Source of the DNA: an uncultured Gammaproteobacteria bacterium | Lineage (GTDB): Bacteria; Patescibacteriota; Microgenomatia; JAMCZE01 | Length of the DNA stretch: 64,000 bases | Reading direction: 5' to 3' | Assembly: GCA_964641255.1 (NCBI GenBank) | Contig: CAZXMM010000001.1 | Location: forward strand, 79,757-143,756 | Part shown: positions 1 through 9,342 of the stretch, piece after piece | Position numbering within the stretch: the stretch's first letter is position 1 | How the letters are laid out: every line of letters starts with the position of its first letter | Notes under the pieces: generated by a model | Told to the model about the DNA's origin: nothing | Seen by the model: only the letters and a program-made list of their open reading frames with translations | The model's database searches: none | Translations under genes and position numbers: made by a program

Positions 1-951
1 GCCGTCGTTGCCTTAGGCTGGCACCTCTTAACGATTTTTGGCAACTTTCTGGGTTCCTTTGCCGACGTGTTGCTAGTTTTGGTGTTGTCTTGGATCCTCG
101 CTTTTATCCTGGAGCCACTAGTCACTAGGTTGAGTAAACAAAAAATTTCCCCAGTGGTAGCCGCCCTTACGGTCTACTCATTTTTGGCTGTTGGGGGGGT
201 TGTTTTAGTCTGGATCATTTTGCCCACAACCATTGTCCAGCTATCACAACTATCCGAGACACTGCCTAGTTTGATTCCCCAAAACTCGGTTTGGTCAAAT
301 CAACTAGAGACTTTTCTAACCAGCTCCTTAGCCAATTCTGTCCTGGTTGTATCCCAGGTGGCTTCAACTCTGACTTCGCTAATTCTGATTTTTATACTTT
401 CCTTTTATTTCTTAATTACCAAAAACGAGATCGCCAGTTTAATTTTAAAAATTATTCCCGATCAGTACGAAGAGGACTATCTTTTTTTGCAAAATGTCGT
501 CAGTGCTACTTTTGCTTCCTTTATCAGGATTCAGGTTTTTTTGGGATTGACCTTGGGGGTGGTTACTTACATAGTACTACTGCTCCTGGGAGTGGAATTC
601 GCTCTTTCCACTAGTCTTTTTGCTGGACTTCTTGCGATGGTACCCGTCGTTGGTCCGATTCTCTTTTTAGTACCCGCCATCATTGCCGCTCTTACTAAGT
701 CGCCGCAAACAGTTATCATTGTGGCCATAGTTTTAACTTTGGCCGCCCAGCTAGTCTATAACGTCTGGGCTCCCCGACTGATGGGCAAGGCTCTTAATAT
801 TCATCCCATTGTGGTTTTGATTTCTTTTATTGTGGGCTATAAGATAGGAGGGGTTTGGGGGGCCATTTTTGCTGTTCCCGTAATCGCCTCCCTCTCAATA
901 ATTGCCAAAGATTTACTACGTTATTGGTACGAGGAGGCAGATAAGAAGTGA
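1..951 (+). CDS. AI-2E family (PerM-like) transporter, 5' truncated by the window edge
   Basis: Frame open from base 1. Multi-TM protein with LAFILEPLV, VPVVGP and PRLMGKALNIHPIVVLISFIVG...GVWGAIFAVP motifs typical of AI-2E. Confidence 0.88.
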   Translation, partial: AVVALGWHLLTIFGNFLGSFADVLLVLVLSWILAFILEPLVTRLSKQKISPVVAALTVYSFLAVGGVVLVWIILPTTIVQLSQLSETLPSLIPQNSVWSNQLETFLTSSLANSVLVVSQVASTLTSLILIFILSFYFLITKNEIASLILKIIPDQYEEDYLFLQNVVSATFASFIRIQVFLGLTLGVVTYIVLLLLGVEFALSTSLFAGLLAMVPVVGPILFLVPAIIAALTKSPQTVIIVAIVLTLAAQLVYNVWAPRLMGKALNIHPIVVLISFIVGYKIGGVWGAIFAVPVIASLSIIAKDLLRYWYEEADKK

Positions 952-952
952 C

Positions 953-1315
953 ATGAACATTCCCCCTAAATTCTCTACTATTTGCAAAGTGGCGGGCTTA
1001 AGCAGTGAAGAAATTGACAAGCAGTGGTTGGCGACTTGGCAAGATGGCCTTTTCTCGCTTTTTAAGTGGTTGGTTAACCAGGAAAGCTTAAATGATAATC
1101 AATTAGATAGGCTAACCGAACAAATGCAACAAGCTGTCCAATTAAACGAATGCCCCAACTATCTAGCGCTATTTAAATCTATTCTGACACCCCAGCAGTT
1201 TCAAGAAACGGCAGAGCAGTTAGATGTATGTATGTTTGAAGCAATTACCCAGCGGATAAATCTCATTAAAAAGGGTGTCGATTTTTCTACCCTCCAAGTT
1301 ATAAACAGCCTATGA
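953..1315 (+). CDS. Hypothetical protein
   Basis: ATG at 953 lies just after the AI-2E stop; the 3' end overlaps the next gene by ATGA. No motif recognised. Confidence 0.6.
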   Translation: MNIPPKFSTICKVAGLSSEEIDKQWLATWQDGLFSLFKWLVNQESLNDNQLDRLTEQMQQAVQLNECPNYLALFKSILTPQQFQETAEQLDVCMFEAITQRINLIKKGVDFSTLQVINSL

Positions 1316-2079
1316 GTGGATTCAATGCAACGGAAGAAGCGATAAAAACTACACTTAGTCACGCTACCGACCTAAGTCGGGCAGCTGCTCTTGGACAGGG
1401 AGGAGATGAACGAAAAAACGTTGACCTCTTAGAAAAAGGGACTCGCGATCGCAAAGTTGAACGACTATTGGGTTTTTTCCACGATACTTTGGGATTATTT
1501 GGTAGCACAAATGAGGCCACGGTTAGAACAGAAATGGCAATGATAGCAAGGCGATCCCCAAAAATAATGAAGCAGCTATCTCAAAGGCCACCTGGGGAGA
1601 TTAAAAGATTCATGGACATATATGACCCCCAGAGCAAAAATGCCGCTATATGGGATACGCAGTCAAAAACCTGGGGGCAGATTCCTTTAAGAGACAGTTG
1701 CCAATTGGACCAGAGGATACGACTGGAATTAGCTCACCTTCGGCAAGCAAATTTTCCATCGGTTAAAGGAAGTCCTGATTCAATTGTCCTAGCAAACCAG
1801 CCCGTTAATTTAACAGGCGTACGGGCAGCATTTATGGGATATAAAATACCCGGCAGTGATACAATTTACTACCGACCAAATTGGGATCTAATCCCAAACG
1901 GCAACCCACCCAAATGGGAATGGCAAGTGACTATTTTTGTACCCGATGTAAATTATAATACCCAGAGTAAAATGAGAGTGTTTGTGCTTAACGAGAAACA
2001 GGCTAAAGACCTTTGGAATGCCGCTAATCCACCTGGCGCCAAAACATTACTGCGCAACGCATTTCCTAATAAACCATAG
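1312..2079 (+). CDS. Hypothetical protein (orphan, 255 aa)
   Basis: Long ORF coupled to the upstream gene by ATGA overlap; no recognisable domain. Confidence 0.65.
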   Translation: MSGFNATEEAIKTTLSHATDLSRAAALGQGGDERKNVDLLEKGTRDRKVERLLGFFHDTLGLFGSTNEATVRTEMAMIARRSPKIMKQLSQRPPGEIKRFMDIYDPQSKNAAIWDTQSKTWGQIPLRDSCQLDQRIRLELAHLRQANFPSVKGSPDSIVLANQPVNLTGVRAAFMGYKIPGSDTIYYRPNWDLIPNGNPPKWEWQVTIFVPDVNYNTQSKMRVFVLNEKQAKDLWNAANPPGAKTLLRNAFPNKP

Positions 2080-2220
2080 GCAACCAAGTGTAGTATTACT
2101 ACTTCCTAGCTAAGGTGCCAGGGTGCCCTTCTAGCCTTTTGACTTAGAGCGGAAAAGGGCAGCTATACGAGAGAAGTGGGCTCCCCCCCCGGGCTTTCGC
2201 GTTTACACCCTCTTGGTTCT
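2080..2220 (-). ncRNA. Candidate structured ncRNA, 6S (SsrS)-like
   Basis: Rod-like pairing: 2082-2092 with 2204-2218, and 2121-2132 with 2172-2185. Minus strand reads GGGAGCCC...AGAAGGGCACCC, as recalled for Bacillus 6S-1. A minus-strand TATAAT lies at 2264-2269. Confidence 0.35.
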
Positions 2221-2433
2221 GAGTTAGATCTCTAATTTCCCTTCCCAAAGGCTTCATGCCTTAATTATAACTTAATTCAATAAATTTTCTCTGATCCTTC
2301 ATTATCTCAACTCCGCTTAGTAAATAATTGAGAGGATCATTGCTAGCTTAGAAGACCTATTACTGAATATAGGGAAGACCTTAGTGTTAAGTACGATCTG
2401 AGCTAGCCCTTATTAAAACTCGGTCACGACTAC

Positions 2434-3576
2434 CTAACTTACAGTCTTTATACCGTCTCGCTGGCTAATAAAACTGTTGTTACTTTGAATGCTAGACTCT
2501 ATCTGTCTTGATATAGTGCCCACCGTTGTCCCCAGCTTAGTCCTGATATCCTCGAACAGAGCTGTATATTTTTTCACCTCATCACTAGCTTCTAGATCTG
2601 AACAATAACCATGTAGCAGTAGTTCCAAACCAACCCCTTTAGTGATTACTAAATCGATTAAGGCGGCAACCTCCAATGGGTAGATATTAAGCTGGGATAA
2701 TTCGTCGACATATCCAGCCATGCTGTCTGCAGACACAGGACGCTTGTCAAGCAGACAAAGAGTTATAAATTCTGTTATTCCCTCATTAAGCCATCTAAGA
2801 GTGCTCAGCGATTCTCTTTTTTTCTTAATGACTCCTCCATACTCAACATAGGTTCTTCCGGCTAATAGCGCGTGTACCAATTCATGAAAAAGAGCATGTT
2901 GTTGAAACTCGGGAAAGGCTGCAATAATTATGTAGGGCATTCGAGCAAATTTACCCGACTCACCCTTCGACATCGCTGTTGTTTTGACATCAACCCATTT
3001 ACCTACTTCATAGTCAAAATCCAGCGGATCCACAAAACTAATATCTCCTATGTATTGAAGGCGCTCAGAAAGGAGACTGACAATCTCTTGCTGGCTTAAG
3101 TTAGGAAACAAGGCTGAACAAACACCAGGCGCGCTTTCAAAAAACTGGTCAATATATTTTTGTTTATTTTCTTTAAATTGTATTTCTGCACTCTTAACTC
3201 TCTCCCAGTGGGCTGGTAAAAGTTTTTTTATAGTGGCGTGGTCAATTAATTCCAACCTTTCAGCAAATTCCTCAACAGACCGGCTTGTTTTTAAGTTGGC
3301 TAAAAGCAGACTTTCCGCATCAGATAGATTAGTGGTGGCATCTCCACTTAGAAACGCCTCTGCCCAATGCCGTTTCCAGCCTATTGCCCAATTTTTTTTT
3401 AATTTATCGTCTATATTCTTTCTCTCGTCCTTTAGTGTCTGTTCAAACGATTCATCATCTGGCGTACCATAAAACAACATGCCAAGTCTCTGCCTAAAAT
3501 CGGGAATCAATGTAACCTGTTCCACTGGAGAATAAACCTCTCGGGCAAATTCAGCTCGCGGTACTAATTTTGGCAT
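2434..3576 (-). CDS. Hypothetical protein with gluzincin-type Zn metalloprotease motif
   Basis: FHELVH followed by WLNEGITE (HExxH plus NEGxxE). Confidence 0.65.
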   Translation of the reverse strand: MPKLVPRAEFAREVYSPVEQVTLIPDFRQRLGMLFYGTPDDESFEQTLKDERKNIDDKLKKNWAIGWKRHWAEAFLSGDATTNLSDAESLLLANLKTSRSVEEFAERLELIDHATIKKLLPAHWERVKSAEIQFKENKQKYIDQFFESAPGVCSALFPNLSQQEIVSLLSERLQYIGDISFVDPLDFDYEVGKWVDVKTTAMSKGESGKFARMPYIIIAAFPEFQQHALFHELVHALLAGRTYVEYGGVIKKKRESLSTLRWLNEGITEFITLCLLDKRPVSADSMAGYVDELSQLNIYPLEVAALIDLVITKGVGLELLLHGYCSDLEASDEVKKYTALFEDIRTKLGTTVGTISRQIESSIQSNNSFISQRDGIKTVS

Positions 3577-3591
3577 GTAAGTAGTATCTCG

Positions 3592-4881
3592 TTATTGTGT
3601 CCCAATTCCATAATTGGGTAGCACCTGATCAAGGCCCGATTTAACGGTTTCGAGGGCTGCCTGGTAACCCCCACCCCGCTTGGTAGCGTTAATGGCATCC
3701 AGATAGTACTGACTCACTCGAGAGTTAATTCCGGTATCACCATCGTTCGTAAAAGAAGCTAAGTACCAGCTCTGGGCAGCGGGAGCGGCGCTAATTACCA
3801 CCCCAGCTCTGGGGTCGTCAGCTAGCAGTGAAGCCATATCTACCCTTGAGTACGGTTCCCCAAATCCCCGGATCGTGGTTTGAGCAGCATATAGCTTAGT
3901 AAGAACGTCCTTACTAGAGAGATATTTCAAAAAATCGAAGGCCGCTTTGGGGTGCTTACTTTTAGCCGAGACCCCCTCAGCCCAGTAAGTAGCAAAATTA
4001 ACAGGATCGCTGCCGGGCAGCTGAGGCACAGGAATCAGCTTAACTTTTAACTCGGGGTTTAGCGCCATAATGTCAAAGTAGCGCCAAGACGGTCCGAAAT
4101 ACATCGCTAGCTTGCCCTGGGAAAAAGCCAAAGTAGAGGGATCCATAGTCTCATCCCACACCCGGTCTACACTCATAAAAGTGGTGTAATACTCAAGCGC
4201 CTTCTGGGCGGCGTCACTACTGGGGTCCCGGTTTAAATCCACTCCCGCCTGAAGCATCATAAGGGCAAGAATGTCCTGCCAATGGTCAATATTGACGGCC
4301 GTACCCAAAGCAGCACCAGCCGTTTGGATCTTCCCCCCCTCACTAACGGTCAACTTTTTGGCCGTTTCTCGAAATTCGTCCCAGGTCGTCGGGTATGTGG
4401 CGTTACCCCGGGTAAAAATGTCTTCGTTAACAAACAACGTCAGGGTTTCAATTTCTAAGGGGATAGCCATTGGTCTATTTCCTAGAAACAGGTCGTTTCT
4501 AGCGGTGGGGTAAAAAGTGGACTGAAAACTACTTGGAGAATAGATATCCGTGGGCACTGGAGTGAGTAGGCTTCGCATCATGGGTACCCAGGTATTGTGA
4601 ATCCGAACAATATCCGGTCCATCTTCGCGGGTAAGCGCGTTATTTAGTCGGTCACGGTAATTAATTGGCGACTGTTTACTATATTTAATCGTCACCCCAG
4701 GATGAGTCCGCTCATAATCGGCTACCACTGTTGCAAACACCGAATCTGGCTCCCAAAGTCCCCAATAAGTCAGGCTGGCGGTCTCGGGTTTGCGGATAAA
4801 AAAAGTCAAGGCAATGACCCCACCGATAAGAATCAGAAGGAAAAGCGCTCCAACAACAATATAAAGGAACTTGCTGTTCAT
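3592..4881 (-). CDS. Sugar-type ABC transporter extracellular solute-binding protein (SBP family 1), N-terminal membrane anchor
   Basis: N-terminal TM; LTYWG, YERTHPGVTI, GPDIV, PTTWDEF, FSQGKLAMYFGPSW and SKHPKAAFDFLKYL motifs. Confidence 0.85.
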   Translation of the reverse strand: MNSKFLYIVVGALFLLILIGGVIALTFFIRKPETASLTYWGLWEPDSVFATVVADYERTHPGVTIKYSKQSPINYRDRLNNALTREDGPDIVRIHNTWVPMMRSLLTPVPTDIYSPSSFQSTFYPTARNDLFLGNRPMAIPLEIETLTLFVNEDIFTRGNATYPTTWDEFRETAKKLTVSEGGKIQTAGAALGTAVNIDHWQDILALMMLQAGVDLNRDPSSDAAQKALEYYTTFMSVDRVWDETMDPSTLAFSQGKLAMYFGPSWRYFDIMALNPELKVKLIPVPQLPGSDPVNFATYWAEGVSAKSKHPKAAFDFLKYLSSKDVLTKLYAAQTTIRGFGEPYSRVDMASLLADDPRAGVVISAAPAAQSWYLASFTNDGDTGINSRVSQYYLDAINATKRGGGYQAALETVKSGLDQVLPNYGIGTQ

Positions 4882-4914
4882 AGGTCTAGCCCTTACAATT
4901 AAGCTACCAGATTA

Positions 4915-6348
4915 GTGATAGTGATGCAACGAGCACGACATTTTATCCACTTTCTTTTTTTCTTTTCCCTGGGCTTTAGTGCCACGGGGTTAGTTTTAGT
5001 AACCGCAGTTTACCTGGCTTTTTCTCTGCACTTTCAGGATCGCGTTTACCCTGGAGTCACCATCGCCGAAACAGAGGTGGGAGAAATGACCCCCAGTGAG
5101 ATCGAGTATTATTTTTCAAAAAAACAATTTACCAATCTTATTATTACTCTTGACTCCAGTGTCGGATCGGTTTCGGCTAAAGCGTCGGATCTGGAAATAA
5201 AACTAGATAGTCAGTTGATGGCCACCCGAGCCATGTCAGTGGGTCGGCAAACCAAAAATCCCTACTACAACTTCTTACAAATCCTCTCTGCCTGGCAGGG
5301 CGAGATCGATCTACCTCTAGAAATTAATTACAGTGAGGAGGCAATTGTGAAGTTACTTGCCCCCTTGGCTGGGAAAATTGAAATTGCCCCCAAAGACGCC
5401 GTCTACGCTTTTACTCCTGGCGCCGGGCCAGATAAACGGGGCCGAGTCGTTGCCTTTGAAAAATCCAACAACGGGCAAGCTATTGATTATGAGCGGCTCA
5501 CTAAGACGATAACTACTGAGGCCCGCGGCTACTATTTTTCTTCTGACCCAGAAGTAGAGCATCTCACCTTACTAGTTCCTACTAAGATTGTAACCCCAAT
5601 GGTTACTTCGACTGTCGCTAACGAGTTAGGTATTAATGACTTACTCGGCACCGGGGAATCTTTTTTTTACGATTCGATCCCAGGGCGGGTTTACAATATT
5701 GGCTTGGGTACCGAGAAAGTTAACGGCCGGCTAATTGCGCCCGGAGAAATATTCTCTTTTGCCGAAGCTATCGGTACTGTCTCGGCTGTTTTTGGCTTTC
5801 AAAAGGCCTACGCAATTGTCCAGGGTAAAACCGCCCTAGACGACGGCGGGGGCGTTTGTCAGGTCTCAACCACTCTTTATCGAGCAGTGCTTAACGCTGG
5901 ACTACCAGTGACCGAACGGGTAGGTCACTCCTATCGTGTTGGTTTTTATGAACAGGGTGGGTTTAAACCGGGAATGGATGCTACGGTTTATCCACCCAAA
6001 CCCGATTTCAGGTTTAAAAATGATACCGGGAAAACCATTCTTATTCAGGCTACTTTTGACAAAATTAACTACAAATTAACGTTTGAGCTATTTGGTACTT
6101 CTGATGGTCGACAAGCCACCATTGAGGGTCCGGTTATTGTCTCGACAATTGGGTCGGGTGAGCCAATATACCAGGATGACCCGAGTTTACCCTTGGGACA
6201 GCTAAAACAGGTTGAAACCGCCCATGCTGGAGCCAAAGTTTATTTTAAACGCACCGTTGTTAGGAATAACCGGACACTCATTAATGAAACGGTGTGGACC
6301 GATTATGTTCCCTGGCCCGCTCGCTACCTTCGAGGCACTAAAACATAA
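4915..6348 (+). CDS. VanW family protein with peptidoglycan-binding (PG_binding_4) region
   Basis: N-terminal TM; YPGVTIA, RVYNI, PGEIFSF, GGGVCQVSTTLYRAVLNAGLPVTER..HS, GMDATV and DFRFKNDT. Confidence 0.88.
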   Translation: MIVMQRARHFIHFLFFFSLGFSATGLVLVTAVYLAFSLHFQDRVYPGVTIAETEVGEMTPSEIEYYFSKKQFTNLIITLDSSVGSVSAKASDLEIKLDSQLMATRAMSVGRQTKNPYYNFLQILSAWQGEIDLPLEINYSEEAIVKLLAPLAGKIEIAPKDAVYAFTPGAGPDKRGRVVAFEKSNNGQAIDYERLTKTITTEARGYYFSSDPEVEHLTLLVPTKIVTPMVTSTVANELGINDLLGTGESFFYDSIPGRVYNIGLGTEKVNGRLIAPGEIFSFAEAIGTVSAVFGFQKAYAIVQGKTALDDGGGVCQVSTTLYRAVLNAGLPVTERVGHSYRVGFYEQGGFKPGMDATVYPPKPDFRFKNDTGKTILIQATFDKINYKLTFELFGTSDGRQATIEGPVIVSTIGSGEPIYQDDPSLPLGQLKQVETAHAGAKVYFKRTVVRNNRTLINETVWTDYVPWPARYLRGTKT

Positions 6349-6359
6349 GTCTTAAAGCT

Positions 6360-7430
6360 ATGGTAATTCTCGGTATTGAAACTAGTTGTGATGAAACCGC
6401 TGCCGCAATTGTAAAGAATGGTTCAACAATTCTTTCTGATGTTAAAGCTACTAGTCTCGATGTTCATATTAAATATGGAGGAATCGTTCCTGATAAAGCT
6501 GCCAGAGAACAGCTCCAAGCAATTCTCCCCATTACTCAAGAAGCGGTTGCCACTCTCCCTGGTGGGTTAAAAGCCATCGACGCCATCGCTGTAACTTATG
6601 GTCCCGGTCTCATTGGTAGTTTACTCATTGGGGTGGAAACAGCTAAAACCCTCGCCTTAAGTCTAAATAAACCAATTATACCTGTTAATCATTTGGTCGG
6701 GCATATCTATGCCAACTGGCTAACCAAAAATACTAATAGTCAAACTTACACTTTTCCAACTACTCCTCCAGCTTTCCCCGCCTTAATACTCATTGTCAGC
6801 GGCGGACACTCTGAATTTGTTTTAATGAAAAATCACGGAAATTACCAGCTGTTAGGGTCGACAAGAGACGATGCTGCCGGGGAATGTTTTGACAAGTGTG
6901 GCAGACTACTTGGGCTACCTTATCCTTTTGGAATTTACGTCAGTCAGTTAGCGGCCCAGTGGAAAGAAGGAAATTCCTTTACTCCTAAGTTCCCACGACC
7001 TATGATCTATCAACACAATTTTGAAATGTCTTTTAGTGGACTAAAAACTGCGGTCCTTAACTATATGAAAACCAACAAGTCTCTGGCAACCACCGACAAC
7101 AAAATGGCACTCTTAAAAACCGCGGTCGCTCACGAAGTAGAAGAAGCCATCACTGATGTTTTAGTAAAGAAGTTTCTCCTGGCGGCAAAAGCAAACAGTG
7201 TTCAGTCCCTAGTTTTATGTGGCGGGGTAGCTGCTAATTTAAACCTTCGAGAAAAGTTAGCTAAAGCCCTTAAAAACTCTCCTTCGTCTGTTCCCCTAGT
7301 CATCCCCGATACCAAACTCTGCACCGATAATGCTGTTGCTATTGCTGCTGCCGCTTACTTTAACTATCATCCTACTCCCTGGCAAGAAGTAACCGCTGAC
7401 CCAGGAATACGTTTTGATGCAAACAATTAG
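6360..7430 (+). CDS. tsaD: tRNA N6-threonylcarbamoyladenosine transferase TsaD
   Basis: ILGIETSCDETAAA, GPGLIGSL, VNHLVGH, VSGGH, TRDDAAGECFDK, SFSGLKT, GGVAAN, CTDNA. Confidence 0.97.
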   Translation: MVILGIETSCDETAAAIVKNGSTILSDVKATSLDVHIKYGGIVPDKAAREQLQAILPITQEAVATLPGGLKAIDAIAVTYGPGLIGSLLIGVETAKTLALSLNKPIIPVNHLVGHIYANWLTKNTNSQTYTFPTTPPAFPALILIVSGGHSEFVLMKNHGNYQLLGSTRDDAAGECFDKCGRLLGLPYPFGIYVSQLAAQWKEGNSFTPKFPRPMIYQHNFEMSFSGLKTAVLNYMKTNKSLATTDNKMALLKTAVAHEVEEAITDVLVKKFLLAAKANSVQSLVLCGGVAANLNLREKLAKALKNSPSSVPLVIPDTKLCTDNAVAIAAAAYFNYHPTPWQEVTADPGIRFDANN

Positions 7431-8055
7431 GATCGATCTTAACAATCCAGATCAAACGGTCTTGCAAAAAGCGGCCGTAATTATTGCAAACGGAGGAATT
7501 GTGGTGCACCCCACTGATACGGCCTATGGACTGGCCACTAACGCCTTAAGTAGTAAAGCGGCCAAAAAAATCTTTGCTCTTAAAGGTCGGGTGGAAAATA
7601 AGGGGCTAATTGTCGCAGTCAGAGACAAAGTCATGGCCGAAGAATTAGTTACCTTTACACCCTTAGGTTACGCCCTCTTTTCTGCTTTTCTCCCTGGCCC
7701 ACTCACTCTTCTTCTTAGTAAGAAAGCTCTGGTCCCTTCTGGGGTCAGCGGAGGAAGTGACAAGTTAGCTATTCGTATCCCCAATTGTCCCGTTACCCTG
7801 CTGCTCTCCAAGCTCTGTTTGGTTCCCTATACGACTACCTCTGCTAATCCTTCCGGGGGAAGGAACCCTTACAGTCTCGCTGATGTTACTTCTCAATTTT
7901 CAAACGAGCTTCTTAGTAGCTGTGACCTCTTTCTTGACTGTGGAGTGCTTTCCCCCACCCCCCCCGCCACGATCATTGATGCTACTAAAAGCGAACCCAC
8001 CATCATAAGACCCGGGCCAATTACTTTGGAGGAAATTCGTATGGCTCTTCAGTAA
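7417..8055 (+). CDS. tsaC: L-threonylcarbamoyladenylate synthase (TsaC/YrdC)
   Basis: HPTDTAYGL, IFALKGR, PGPLTL, AIRIP, TSANPSG; adjacent to tsaD. Confidence 0.93.
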   Translation: MQTIRIDLNNPDQTVLQKAAVIIANGGIVVHPTDTAYGLATNALSSKAAKKIFALKGRVENKGLIVAVRDKVMAEELVTFTPLGYALFSAFLPGPLTLLLSKKALVPSGVSGGSDKLAIRIPNCPVTLLLSKLCLVPYTTTSANPSGGRNPYSLADVTSQFSNELLSSCDLFLDCGVLSPTPPATIIDATKSEPTIIRPGPITLEEIRMALQ

Positions 8056-8057
8056 AA

Positions 8058-9260
8058 CTACTTCGTGTAGCGTTTCTTTTTGGAGATCGCGATAGGGGCG
8101 GGATTGCTCGGTTCCAAAATCACAGGGTGACGATAAGCAAGAATCATACCCCCTAGAGCAAACAGTTGGATAAACAATTTGACCGCTGATCCTAACAAAG
8201 GAATTAGCCCAATTAAATAGATAAGCAGAAGTCCTACAAACAGTGCCCACCCCCGCCTCTCACCGAAGCGAGACAACAGAAGTGTTCTGCCAATAAAGAA
8301 CGCTGCTACAAACTTCGCTCCAAGTAGAATAATGTAGCCAAGAAGAAGTAGTACTCCTGAAACTGGTAAGCCGACAATTGTCAGGGCAAACAGTACCGCT
8401 ACTACCGGAAGGGCAATGAGCGTGAGTAGTCCCCAACCAAGAGCTGCATAGGGCTGTTTTTGCATGGCTACCACTGATTTTTCAAAACCCCTAGGGAAAA
8501 GCCCGAGCAAAATAAAGCCAATGAGCAAGGTAACGACAAACCCAAAGAGGTCTACCACTGGCTGCAGCCTCTGATATAAATCAAAGAGGGGCTTTATGCC
8601 AAAGAACCCCGGGTAGTTTTCGTTCTGGCTGGTGTTTTGATAAGCAATGGTTCCTCCCACCGTGGCTCCCGGTTCCATCTCTACCTGCTTCTCCCCGGTA
8701 TATTTAAGGTTGCCCGAAATCGAAGCAAGGGGCCCCAGTAAAAATTGTTTGTCAACCACCACAAAAGCTTCGTTAGCAATTTCCGAGTTGACGTAGAGTC
8801 TACTGCCAAAGAAACGAAAACCCCTGCCTATTCTTGCAGCTGACAATTCCAAATTACCCCCGGCTGTCAAAAAACTACCGCCAATTACGGCCTGTTTAGT
8901 GACAGTACAATTGCCACAAAGCAGGAGCACATTTCTCCCCACGGGCCCATTAATGGTTACATCACCAGCGAGCACTCTTATACTATTAGTGACTTCTCCA
9001 TTCACACTCACTTTCCCTCCCACTACAAACAAATCTCCGTCGATCTTGCCATTAATTGTGACCACCCCACCTGTTAAAAAGGTGTCCCCATGAATTTCCC
9101 CATCAATTTGAATTGACTGAGCGGCTCGTATATAGTCGGATTCAATTACCGCCCCGGCAGGCAAACGTTCGTATTCGTTATTAGCGAGTACCGGCTGGGG
9201 AAGAAGTGCCAAACTTATTAGACTCAGGAGTAGTACCGCCAGAAAAAAGCGAAAGCGCAT
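8058..9260 (-). CDS. Membrane protein with signal peptide, beta-helical polymer-forming (bactofilin-like) repeats and C-terminal TM bundle
   Basis: Probable start MRFRFF at 9260; repeated xxIxGxVxGD/AGxVxI units; about five C-terminal TMs. Confidence 0.75.
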   Translation of the reverse strand: MRFRFFLAVLLLSLISLALLPQPVLANNEYERLPAGAVIESDYIRAAQSIQIDGEIHGDTFLTGGVVTINGKIDGDLFVVGGKVSVNGEVTNSIRVLAGDVTINGPVGRNVLLLCGNCTVTKQAVIGGSFLTAGGNLELSAARIGRGFRFFGSRLYVNSEIANEAFVVVDKQFLLGPLASISGNLKYTGEKQVEMEPGATVGGTIAYQNTSQNENYPGFFGIKPLFDLYQRLQPVVDLFGFVVTLLIGFILLGLFPRGFEKSVVAMQKQPYAALGWGLLTLIALPVVAVLFALTIVGLPVSGVLLLLGYIILLGAKFVAAFFIGRTLLLSRFGERRGWALFVGLLLIYLIGLIPLLGSAVKLFIQLFALGGMILAYRHPVILEPSNPAPIAISKKKRYTK

Positions 9261-9342
9261 TAAGATCATATGGCTTTGGAGATTAACTAAGAGGATAGTA
9301 GTTGAGCTCGTTTTCTTTGTCAAGGTAGTATAAAATAGAGCT

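Noticed and set aside
2350-2385. ACTG...GGGAAGACC similar to cobalamin riboswitch elements
   Set aside because: Other conserved B12-box elements are absent and there is no suitably oriented downstream gene.
2395-2425. Minus-strand GTTTTAATAAGGGCTAG resembling a tracrRNA nexus, and plus-strand AAAACTCGG resembling the RNase P RNA 3' motif
   Set aside because: No cas genes or repeat array are present and there is no GAGGAAAGTCC P4 partner. Short chance matches.
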